Assembly (NCBI GenBank): GCA_963789515.1
Contig: CAWBKW010000003.1
Span: forward strand, 75,653 to 139,652
Direction: 5' to 3'
DNA: 64,000 bases
From: an uncultured Coriobacteriia bacterium
Lineage (GTDB): Bacteria > Actinomycetota > Coriobacteriia > Anaerosomatales > JAAXUF01
Numbering within the stretch: the first letter of the stretch is position 1; each line of letters starts with the position of its first letter. Positions 40,544-49,325 of this stretch are shown here, in pieces. Made by a program: the position numbers and the translations under genes. Under the pieces are notes generated by a model. The model was given only the letters and a program-made list of their open reading frames with translations, was not told where the DNA came from and did no database searches.

Positions 40544-41509
40544 ATGGTCGAGAACTCCAAGCGCATGATGGTCTTCGCGGGTACCAGCAATCCCGAGCTT
40601 GCCGAGGGCGTCGCCCGGCATCTCGGCGTCGAACTCGGCAACGTGAAGATCCGCAAGTTCGCCAACGGCGAGATCTACGTGCGCTACCTCGAGAGCGTCC
40701 GCGGCGCCGACGTCTTCATCATCCAGTCGATCTGCGCGCCGGTGAACGCGACGCTCATGGAGCTGCTCATCATGGTCGACGCGGCCAAGCGCGCGTCGGC
40801 CCGGTCGATCACCGCGGTCATCACCCACTACGGCTACGCGCGGCAGGACAAGAAGTCGGCCGCCCGCGAGCCCATCACCGCCAAGCTCGTCGCCGACCTG
40901 CTGACCACCGCCGGCGTCAACCGCGTCATCACGATGGACCTGCACCAGGGCCAGATCCAGGGCTTCTTCAACCAGCCCGTGAACCACCTGACCGCGCTGC
41001 CGATCCTGGCCGACTACTTCGAGTCGCTGAACCTCGAGAACTGCGTGGTCGTCTCGCCCGATGTCGGGCGCGCCAAGGCCTGCAAGAAGCTCTCGGACAT
41101 GCTCGGCGCGAGCCTGGCGATCATGACCAAGGGCCGTCCCGAGCACAACGTCGCCGAGGTCACGCACGTCATCGGCGAGGTCGAAGGGCAAGGTCTGCCA
41201 TCGTCGCCGACGACATGATCGACACCGCCGGCTCGATCACCGAGGGCGCCAAGGCGCTCATCAACGCCGGGCGCGACGCAGGTGTACGTCACCGCGACGC
41301 ACGGCATCTTCTCGGCGCCGGCGTACGACCGGATCGAGAGCGCTCCGATCACCGAAGTGGTGGTCACCAACACGATTCCGGTGCCCGAGGAGCACCAGCA
41401 CGGTAAGATACGCGTTCTGTCGGTGGCGCCGCTGTTCGCGCATGCGGTCCAGAACGTCTTCAACGACGAGTCCGTATCCGAACTGTTCGACCCGGACTTC
41501 CAGCTGTAG
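40544..41509 (+). pseudogene. prs: ribose-phosphate pyrophosphokinase; two frame switches (~41190, ~41285)
   Basis: MVFAGTSNPELA, HYGYARQDKK, VITMDLHQGQIQGFF, VADDMIDTAGSITEGA (my translation), VTATHGIFS. Confidence 0.9.
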
Positions 41510-41578
41510 CCACTAGATCGTCGCCGGGGTCTCTTCAGAACCGCCGGCGAAACGAAGAGAACGGAAGGAGCACCACCC

Positions 41579-42217
41579 ATGTCCGTCTCCAACGTAGTGA
41601 CCGCATACCCCCGCGAGGTCATCGGCAAGGCGAACCGCCGCCTCGCCGGCCAGAACCGCATCCCCGCCGTCGTCTACGGCATCGGCCGTGACGCGGTCTC
41701 GATCTCGGTCGACCGCCACGACTTCGAGCTGCTGATGGCGCACCACGCGGCCGGATCGACGCATCGTCGAGATGCAGATCGAGGGCGAGAAGAAGCCGAT
41801 CAACGCCATGATCCGCGAGATGCAGATGAGCCCGATCAAGGGCACCATCATGCACGTCGACTTCCTGGCCATCGAGATGGACAAGCCGGTCCACGCGCAG
41901 GTCTCCCTGCGCCTGGTCAACGACCCCGCCGGCGTCAAGGCGGGCGGCATCCTGACCGTCAACTTCCACGACATGAACGTCGAGGCCAAGCCGGTCGACC
42001 TGCCTCGAGTACCTCGAGGTGGACGTGGCGGCGCTCGAGATCGGCGACTCGCTGCACGTCAAGGACATCCCGGTGCCCGCGGGCGTCACCATCCTCGACG
42101 ATCGCCGAGGAAGTCATCTGCTCCGTGCAGGCGCCTCGCGCCGAGGAAGTCGTTGAAGAGGTCGCCGAGGAGACCGAGGCCGAGGTCATCGGCGAGAAGG
42201 CCGCAGAGGAAGAGTAG
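41579..42217 (+). pseudogene. rplY: 50S ribosomal protein L25 / general stress protein Ctc form; about three frame switches
   Basis: GKANRRLAGQNRIPAVVYG, IREMQMSPIKGTIMHVDF, LHVKDIPVPAGV, and an acidic tail EEVVEEVAEETEAEV. Confidence 0.8.
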
Positions 42218-42220
42218 CGC

Positions 42221-42789
42221 GTGACCCGCATGATCGTGGGGCTCGGCAATCCCGGGTCCGAGTACGAGCGTACGCGTCACAACGCCGGATTCCTCGCCGT
42301 GGACCTGCTCGGCGAGAACCTGCGCGCGAACTACTGGAAAGACCAGGCATCAGCGAAGGTCGCTGTCGTGCGTTTCGACGACGGCGACCTTGCTCTTGCC
42401 AAGCCGCAGACGTTCATGAACGTCTCGGGCGGCTCGGTCAAGCGGCTCATCGAGCTCTACGACATCGATGTCGCGGACCTCATCGTGATCCACGACGACA
42501 TCGACCTGCCCGCCGGCGAGGTCCGCGTGAAGCGCGGTGGCGGTCACGGCGGCCACAACGGCCTGCGATCGCTGCACGAGAAGCTCGTCGCCGACACCTA
42601 CCTGCGCGTGCGCGTCGGAGTCGGTCGCCCGCCGGGCCGCATGGACGCCGCCGACTACGTGCTGCAGCCCCTGAAGGGGGAGGCCTGGGAGGAGCTCGAG
42701 GCCAGCATCCCCGCCGCAGCCGCAGGCCGCTCTCAGCATCCTCGAGAAGGGCGTCGAGCGCGACGATGCAGGACTACAACGCGGGGTAG
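42221..42789 (+). pseudogene. pth: peptidyl-tRNA hydrolase; two frame switches near the 3' end
   Basis: MIVGLGNPGSEYERTRHNAGF, VIHDDIDLPAGEVRVKRGGGHGGHNGLRS. Only the first ~190 codons of ORF 42221..44137 are genuine. Confidence 0.9.
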
Positions 42790-42795
42790 CTGCAT

Positions 42796-42891
42796 GGGTG
42801 GTGCCGGGGGCGCCGTGCGCAAACATACTCGACGGGCCGCCCTTGGGCGGCCCGTCTGCGTAACTGCGCGCGGCACCCCCCGGCACCACCC
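42796..42891. terminator. nested inverted repeats between convergent pth and the M23 peptidase gene
   Basis: Inner stem gacgggccgccc/gggcggcccgtc (42831..42856) sits inside outer arms gggtggtgccggggg (42796..42810) / cccccggcaccaccc (42877..42891). Confidence 0.5.
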
Positions 42892-42910
42892 GTCGCGCGC
42901 GCGGTTCCTC

Positions 42911-44128
42911 CTACAGGTAGTTCATCGGATTGACCGGGTTCCCGTTGACGCGCACTTCGAAGTGGAGGTGCGGGCCGGTCGAGAAGCCGGTGCTGCCGAC
43001 CGTGCCGATGCGCTGCCCCTTCTTCACCGTGGCGCCATTGGAGACCTTGATTCCGCCGGACTGCTGGTGCGCGTAGAGCGTGACCACTCCGTTGCCGTGG
43101 TCGATCATCACGACGTTGCCGTAGCCGCTTCTGGCACCTGCCCAGATGACCTTTCCGGCGCCCGCAGCCACGATGGCCGCCCCGTTGATGGGGCTGCTGC
43201 CGTTGCGGCCGATGTCGATGCCGGTGTGCAGCTTCCTGGTCTTGAAGATGGGGTGTACGCGCCACCCGAACGAGGACGTGACGTTGTTGAAGCCCGGGAC
43301 CGGCCACGCCATCGAGCCGCTGTACTTGCCCGAGCCCCTGTGCGACGACAGCATGGACGCGATGCGCGCCGACTCGGCCTCTTCGGCCTTGGCGATCGCG
43401 AGCAGGCGGGACGCGTTCTTCTTGCTCACCACCATCAGACTGGACTTCTGGTTGAGGATCGACTGCTGGGAGTCGACCTTGGCCTGCCGCATGTCCTGCA
43501 CCTTCTTGAGGTGCCCCTCCGCTGCTGCGGCTTCCTGCTTCTTGAGGTTGACGCTCTGCATCGTCCGGTCGAGTTCGGCCTTGGACCGTTCGAGGTCGGT
43601 CCTCGTCGCGGCGAGCTGGGCGGCAACGTCGTTGTTGGAGTGGATGACGCGGTTGACCAGCTCGGTTCTCGCGATGAGGTCGCGAACGTCGGTCGAGCCG
43701 AGCAGCAGGTCGAAGTAGAACCAGTCACCCTGCCGGTACGTCGCTCGAATGCGGTCGGACAGCAGCTGCTGCTCGAGCTCGTACTGGGCGGTCGCCGAGG
43801 CGATGTCGGACGTCTTGACCGCGATCTGCGTGCGCAGCCCCTGGAGCTCGGCCTTGAGGCGGTCGGTACGCGCCGACGCCTTCGCGATCTCGGGATCGAG
43901 TGCGTCGGCCTCCGCGGCGAGCGCAGAGACCTGGTCGTCGAGCTTGTCGGTCTCGGTCTTGAGCTTGGCGGCCAGCGCCAGGGCCTCCGCCGCCTTGCGG
44001 CGCGCGGTCTCGGCTGCGGCGGAATGCGCGCGGACATCCGCCGAAGTCACCGCGAGCGCGGGCACGGCGGTGGCGAACACCAAGGTCAGGGTCAGGATCG
44101 CGGCAACGTATGCGCGAGAGCGGTGCAT
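42911..44128 (-). CDS. M23-family metallopeptidase with an N-terminal coiled coil (EnvC/PcsB-like architecture)
   Basis: [40 protein letters not shown]. Signal/TM is [18 protein letters not shown]. Start MHRSRAY at 44128. Intact. Confidence 0.9.
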   Translation of the reverse strand: MHRSRAYVAAILTLTLVFATAVPALAVTSADVRAHSAAAETARRKAAEALALAAKLKTETDKLDDQVSALAAEADALDPEIAKASARTDRLKAELQGLRTQIAVKTSDIASATAQYELEQQLLSDRIRATYRQGDWFYFDLLLGSTDVRDLIARTELVNRVIHSNNDVAAQLAATRTDLERSKAELDRTMQSVNLKKQEAAAAEGHLKKVQDMRQAKVDSQQSILNQKSSLMVVSKKNASRLLAIAKAEEAESARIASMLSSHRGSGKYSGSMAWPVPGFNNVTSSFGWRVHPIFKTRKLHTGIDIGRNGSSPINGAAIVAAGAGKVIWAGARSGYGNVVMIDHGNGVVTLYAHQQSGGIKVSNGATVKKGQRIGTVGSTGFSTGPHLHFEVRVNGNPVNPMNYL

Positions 44129-44332
44129 CTTCGGTGATTCCTCCGGGGGCTGCTGCGTTGTAGTGGTATGGGGCCTTCCGGGAGGCGCTATCGCCACGAA
44201 GCATACCAGCGTCCCAGTTCAGCGGCAACGTCGACGTGTCGTTTCGGTGGTCCGGAAGGCGATACGGCCGCTGGTATACTTGTTCGGCGCCGAGGGCCGT
44301 TTGCCTGAGGCCCACGACTCAGACGGAGGCTC

Positions 44333-45176
44333 CGTGTTCCCGCATCGTCCACAAGCGCCAGCTCTCCGACGCCGTCTTCGAGATGGGCGTCGAGGCACCG
44401 CGGATCGCCGCCAAGGCGCGCGCCGGCCAGTTCCTCATGGTGCGCACGGGCGAGCGCGGCGAGCGCATCCCGCTCACCTTCTCCGACTGGTCCGCCGAGG
44501 AGGGCTGGATCCGCTTCATCTTCATGCGCGTCGGCAAGACCACGCACGAGCTCTCGCACCTCGAGGTGGGCGACGTCGCTGGCCGACGTCGTCGGGCCGC
44601 TCGGCGTGCCCACGCACACCGAAGGGCTCGGGCGCGTCGCGGTCATCGGCGGCGGCGTGGGCGCCGCGGTGGCGTACCCGGTCGCGCGCGCGATGGCCGA
44701 GGCCGGGAGCGCAGGTCACCGTCATCCTCGGCGCGCGAAACGCCGAGCTGCTCGTGCTCGAGGACGAGCTGCGGGCGCTGCCGCTCAAGGAGCTCGTGGT
44801 CGTCACCGACGACGGCTCGGCGGGCATCAAGGGGCTCGTGACGCACCCGCTCAAGGAGCTGTGCGAGGCCGGCGAGATCGACCACGCCTTCGCCGTGGGA
44901 CCGGCGATCATGATGAAGTTCTGCGCGGCGACCACCCGCGAGTTCGGCGTGCCGACCACCGTGTCGCTCAACCCGATCATGGTCGACGGCACCGGCATGT
45001 GCGGCGCGTGCCGCGTGAGCGTGGACGGCGAGACGAAGTTCGGCTGCGTCGACGGCCCCGACTTCGACGGCCATGCGGTCGACTTCGAGGAGCTCATGAG
45101 CCGCCAGCGCATCTACGTCGACGACGAGCGCGAGGCCGACGCCGAGTACTCCCGGGGGTGCCAGTGCCACCTGTAG
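44333..45176 (+). pseudogene. NfnA/SudB-like FAD/NAD(P)-binding, 2Fe-2S electron-transfer subunit (PyrK family); about 3 frame switches; start approximate
   Basis: GQFLMVRTGERGERIPLTFSDW, VIGGGVGAAVAYPVARA, VDGTGMCGACRVSVDGETKFGCVDGPDFDGH. Confidence 0.75.
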
Positions 45177-45252
45177 ACGACATCCGCGCTCGGGCGCGAC
45201 CGACGCCTGCACCCGAGACGCCGCCGTCGCCTCGAAGGCGCCGCGCACGCCG

Positions 45253-46643
45253 ATGCCCGAGCGTCCGCCCGCCGAGCGGCGCATGAGCTTCGACGAGGTC
45301 TGCTACGGCTACACCGCCGAGATGGCGCTGCGCCGAGGCGGAGCGCTGCCTGCAGTGCAAGAACCCCACCTGCCAGCAGGGCTGCCCGGTCAACATCGAC
45401 ATCAAGTCCTTCATCGGCGCCATCATCGAGGGCGACCTGCCGCGCGGCGTGGCGGTGCTCAAGGAGCGCAACGCGCTGCCGGCCGTCTGCGGTCGCGTGT
45501 GCCCGCAGGAGGAGCAGTGCGAGGCCGCGTGCGTGCTGGCCAAGAAGGGCGAGCCCGTCGCGATCGGCCGGCTCGAGCGCTTCCTCGGCGACACCGACCT
45601 GGCGTGCGAGCTCGAGCGCCGCTGCGTGCCCGAGGTGGCGCCGCCGAGCGGGTTCCGGTGCGCGGTCGTCGGCAGCGGGCCCGCCGGCCTCGCGTGCGCG
45701 GGCGAGCTCGCGCAGCTCGGCCACGCGGTCACCATCTTCGAGTCGCTGCACGCGCCCGGCGGCGTGCTCACCTACGGCATCCCCGAGTTCCGGCTGCCCA
45801 AGGACATCGTCAACGCCGAGATCGAGATGCTCGCCGAGATCGGCGTCGAGATCGTCACCGACACCGTCGTCGGCGCAGCTCGTCACCGTCGCGGAGCTGC
45901 TCGGCGAGGAGGGCTTCGACGCGGTCTTCGTCGGCAGCGGGGCGGGGCTGCCGGTCTTCCTCGGCGTGCCGGGCGAGAACCTCAACGGCGTCTACTCGGC
46001 CAACGAGTTCCTCACGCGCGTGAACCTGATGCGCGCCTACGAGTTCCCGACGTCCGACACGCCGGTGTGGCGCGGCCGCAAGGTCGCGGTCGTCGGCGGC
46101 GGCAACGTCGCGATGGACGCGGCCCGCACCGCCCTGCGCCTCGGCGCCGAGGAGGTCTTCCTCGTCTACCGCCGCACCGAAGACGAGATGCCCGCGCGCC
46201 GAGAAGAGGTGCACCACGCGCGCGAGGAGGGCGTCGAGTTCAAGATGCTCTGCTCGCCGGTGGAGGTCGTGGGCACGGACGGCTGGGTCACCGGCATCAT
46301 CGCGACGCGCATGGAGCTCACCGAGCCGGACGCGAGCGGGCGGCGCGCGCCGGTGTGCGTGATGGACAGCGAGTTCACCATCGACTGCGACACGGTGATC
46401 TCGGCGGTGGGCACGCGCGCCAACCCGCTGCTGAGGCAGGCGGCGCCCGGAGCTCGAGCTCAGCTCGCGCGGCTACATCGTCACCGACGAGGACGGCGCG
46501 ACCAACCTGCCCGGCGTCTATCGCGGGCGGCGACATCGTCACCGGGGCGGCGACCGTCATCCTCGCGATGGGCGCGGGCAAGAAGGCCGCGCGCGGCGAT
46601 GGACCGCTGGCTCCGGTCGCGGCGTTCGGCCGCGGGCGAATAG
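45253..46643 (+). pseudogene. NfnB/SudA-like NADPH-dependent glutamate-synthase-family oxidoreductase (homotetrameric GltA type); about 4 frame switches
   Basis: CLQCKNPTCQQGCPVNIDI (my translation), CGRVCPQEEQCE, VVGSGPAGLACAGELA, VVGGGNVAMDAART, GGDIVTGAATVILAMGAGKKAA. Confidence 0.8.
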
Positions 46644-46757
46644 TCGGCGCACGGCGAGTCGGTGTCCGACCGCTGGGGTACAATCTCCCTGACGACGAAC
46701 GGCTTTCTGCACCGTCCTGTGAGGTAGGAAGCTCCTTCCATTCGGGCGATTAGGGAG

Positions 46758-47514
46758 ATGAGCGGTGAGCGAGACCGATTCGCGTTCTCGTCATCGACGA
46801 CGATGAGGCCATCGTCGAGATGATCCGCATGGGCCTGAGGCCGACGGCATGATCGTGTTCGGCGCGGCCGACGGCGGCGAGGGCGTCGAGGTGCTCGGCA
46901 GAGAGCGCATCGACGTCGTGGTGCTCGACATCATGATGCCGCGGGTCGACGGCTGGATGGCGCTCATGGAGATCCGCAACAACCCGGCCACCGCCGACAT
47001 CCCGGTCATCATGCTCACGGCCAAGACCCAGGACCTCGCCAAGATCCTCGCCTTCAAGCAGGGCGTCCAGCAGTACGTCACCAAGCCGTTCAACATCATG
47101 GAGCTCTCGGCGCGTGTCGAGAGCCTCGCCCGCGGGATCGGCGGGCCGTCGGCGAGGGGCCGGTGGTGGCGGCGAGGCGGAGTTCCGCAAGCTCGCGGTC
47201 CGCAAGGGCGGCCGCACCGTGCTGCTCGACATCGACGACATCGTGCTGCTCTCGGCGCGCAACAAGTCGACCTACGCGCACACCTACGAGAACCAGTACC
47301 TGGTCGACATGACGCTTGGGCGAGCTCGAGGAGCGAGCTGGCCCGCGAGTCCTTCGCGCGGGTGCACCGAAGCTATCTGGTCAACCTGAACAAGGTCAAG
47401 GAGATCCTGCGCGTGGACGGCAGCTACGTGGTCGTCGCGTCCGATCGCGACGAGACGCACATCCCGGTGGCTCGCCGGCAGGTCAAGCAGTTCCGCGAGG
47501 CGGTCGGTATTTGA
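46758..47514 (+). pseudogene. LytTR-family (LytR/AlgR) response regulator; about 4 frame switches; start 46758 or 46764
   Basis: RVLVIDDDEAIVEMI, DVVVLDIMMPRVDG, MLTAKT, VTKPF. The LytTR part is LLSARNKSTYAHTYENQYLVD...FARVHRSYLVNLNKV. Confidence 0.8.
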
Positions 47515-48541
47515 TCAAGCGATTGGTGGCGGGCGCGACGGTCGCGCTCATGGTCGGGCTCGTCTGTGTGCAACCCGGCCTACCCCGCGGACGAGAGGTC
47601 CCTGAGCCTCTCCGCGTCCAAGTTCGATTTCGCCGCCGAGCCGGGGCAGACGGGCGGCGGCGAGGTAACCGTCATCAACGAAGGCGACGCGCCGATCTCG
47701 GTGAGGGTGTACGCCGCCGATCAGGTGATCGCCCCCGATGGCTCCGCGACCTACGTGGTGCCGACCGCGACCGCCAACCCGCTCACGAGCCCGGCCTCGT
47801 GGGTCACGTTCGAGTTGCCGCCCGATGCCAAGTCGACCGGCAACATCCCCTTCATCGAGATGCCGGCCGGCGCCCGCGTACCCGTGAAGTTCCAGGTGAC
47901 CGTGCCTGAGGGCGCTGCACCGGGCGATCGTCAGGCGGTGCTCTTCTTCGAGATGTACTCGCCGCCGGGAGCGACCGAGACGCCGACGGCCCGCGTGAAC
48001 GCCCGCATCGGCGCGCGTATCGAGACGCGCGTGAAGGGCGAGGTCGTCGAGAAGGTGGACGTGCGGCCGTTCACGATGCCTTCGTTCGTGGTGGGCTCGG
48101 CCCGGCGTACGCGTTCACGGTGCGCAACGACGGCAACGTCGACGAGCGGGTCGACGCGCGGCTCGTGGTGCTCGATCGCTCGGAGAACGAACGCAGTTCC
48201 ACGGTGGTACTCACCGACGCGCCGGTGTACGCCTCCTCGGCCTTGGAGAAGAAGGGCGTGCTCCAGCTCCCCGGGCCGGCTATCGGGCCGAACAACGTCA
48301 AGCTTGTGGTGAGCTACACAGGCGACTCCGGCGTCAAGAAGACCGTCGAGAAGAACCGCACCGTCTGGGCCGTTCCCGCGTGGCTGCTCATCGCGTTCGG
48401 GGTGGGGCTTCTGGCGCTCCTGCTCGCCGGCGTGTGGGCGGCGTCCGGCCGGGCCGCGCAAACGCCGGATGCGCCGGGATGCCGAGACCGCCGGCTCCGC
48501 ATCGACAGTCCGCTTCGGACGATGACAGGGAGTACGAATAG
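47511..48541 (+). pseudogene. cell-surface protein with a CscA/DUF916-like layout (signal peptide, two beta-rich domains, C-terminal TM anchor); at least 2 frame switches; 3' end uncertain (48541 or 48653)
   Basis: LIKRLVAGATVALMVGLVCV; GGGEVTVINEGDAPISVRVYAADQ...SWVTFELP...VPVKFQVTVPEGAAPGDRQAVLFFE; C-terminal WLLIAFGVGLLALLLAGVW. Confidence 0.55.
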
Positions 48542-48572
48542 GAGCTCGGGACCACCGGCAGTGAGACAACGT

Positions 48573-48605
48573 GAAGTGGCCCCGGCGTGCTTAGCCGGGG
48601 CCACT
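48573..48605. terminator. perfect 13-bp hairpin between convergent surface-protein genes
   Basis: aagtggccccggc-gtgctta-gccggggccactt. Confidence 0.6.
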
Positions 48606-48634
48606 TGTCTCGATCGTCGATACCGCGTTCGGGT

Positions 48635-49073
48635 CTACGGCAGTGCGGTGTAGAGGATGTCCGCGCTGTAGTTGCCGGAGTCGCTCCAGTCGCCGTTTGG
48701 GCGAAGGTCGAGAGTGTAGGTCTGCGGCCAGCTGTAGCCAGCGGCGCTCGGCGCCTTGGGGTTCACGGTCGTTCCGTCCATGCCTGCAGGAGTATTGATG
48801 GAAAGCATGCCGCAAAAGGTGTTGGACGTGAATGAACGGGCGAACGTGTACGGGACGTTGGAGCGCACGACTACCGGGGCCGACGTAGGGTGCCGGGTTG
48901 GCGGCATCCGGGTCGAAGGTGCCGAAGTTGTGATCGGCACCGGCGGTGACCGTGATCTTGGAGTTGACGGCCGCGGTGATGACGATGTTGTCGGTCGCCG
49001 CCATCGCCTGGCTGGCGAAACTCAGCAGCAACACCAAGGTGAGTACCGCGACTGTCATGAGCCTTCTGTTCAT
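48635..49073 (-). pseudogene. small secreted beta-rich protein, WxL-domain-like; one frame switch near 48890
   Basis: AGGAG precedes ATG 49073. MNRRLMTVAVLTLVLLLSFASQAMA, ITVTAGADHNFGTFDP. It continues in ORF 48635..48940 (VVVRSNVPYTF...GNYSADILYTALP). Confidence 0.55.
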
Positions 49074-49325
49074 CTGTTCTCCTATCGTCGTGTTGGGCCC
49101 TGCGTCCGAGCCGCGTGGTTGCAGCTCGTTCCTCGGAATGTGTATCGGCAATCACAATGCAGTGAATCAAGCCCGAATTCTCCGCGTGGAGAGGCAGACT
49201 TCGAGGCGAGTACCCTGAGACAATGTGGAGCAGAGCGCCAGCGTCGCACGCGGTCCGACTCGTCGCTGCCACTGAGCACCGGAAGGCAGGGCACGTGAGT
49301 TCGCCGAAAGGCGAGCCGGAGGAAG

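Noticed and set aside
42790-44137. The 638-aa ORF 42221..44137 on the + strand, the longest + strand ORF in the region.
   Set aside because: Only its first ~190 codons are pth. The remainder is the antisense shadow of the intact M23 peptidase gene, and its translation is Arg/Gly/Asp/His-rich with no motifs.
49195-49250. A TPP-riboswitch-like CTGAGA ... GCCAGCG pair upstream of the giant surface protein gene.
   Set aside because: The ACCTGATCTGG-type pyrimidine-sensor helix and the other conserved stems are missing, and the gene context is wrong.
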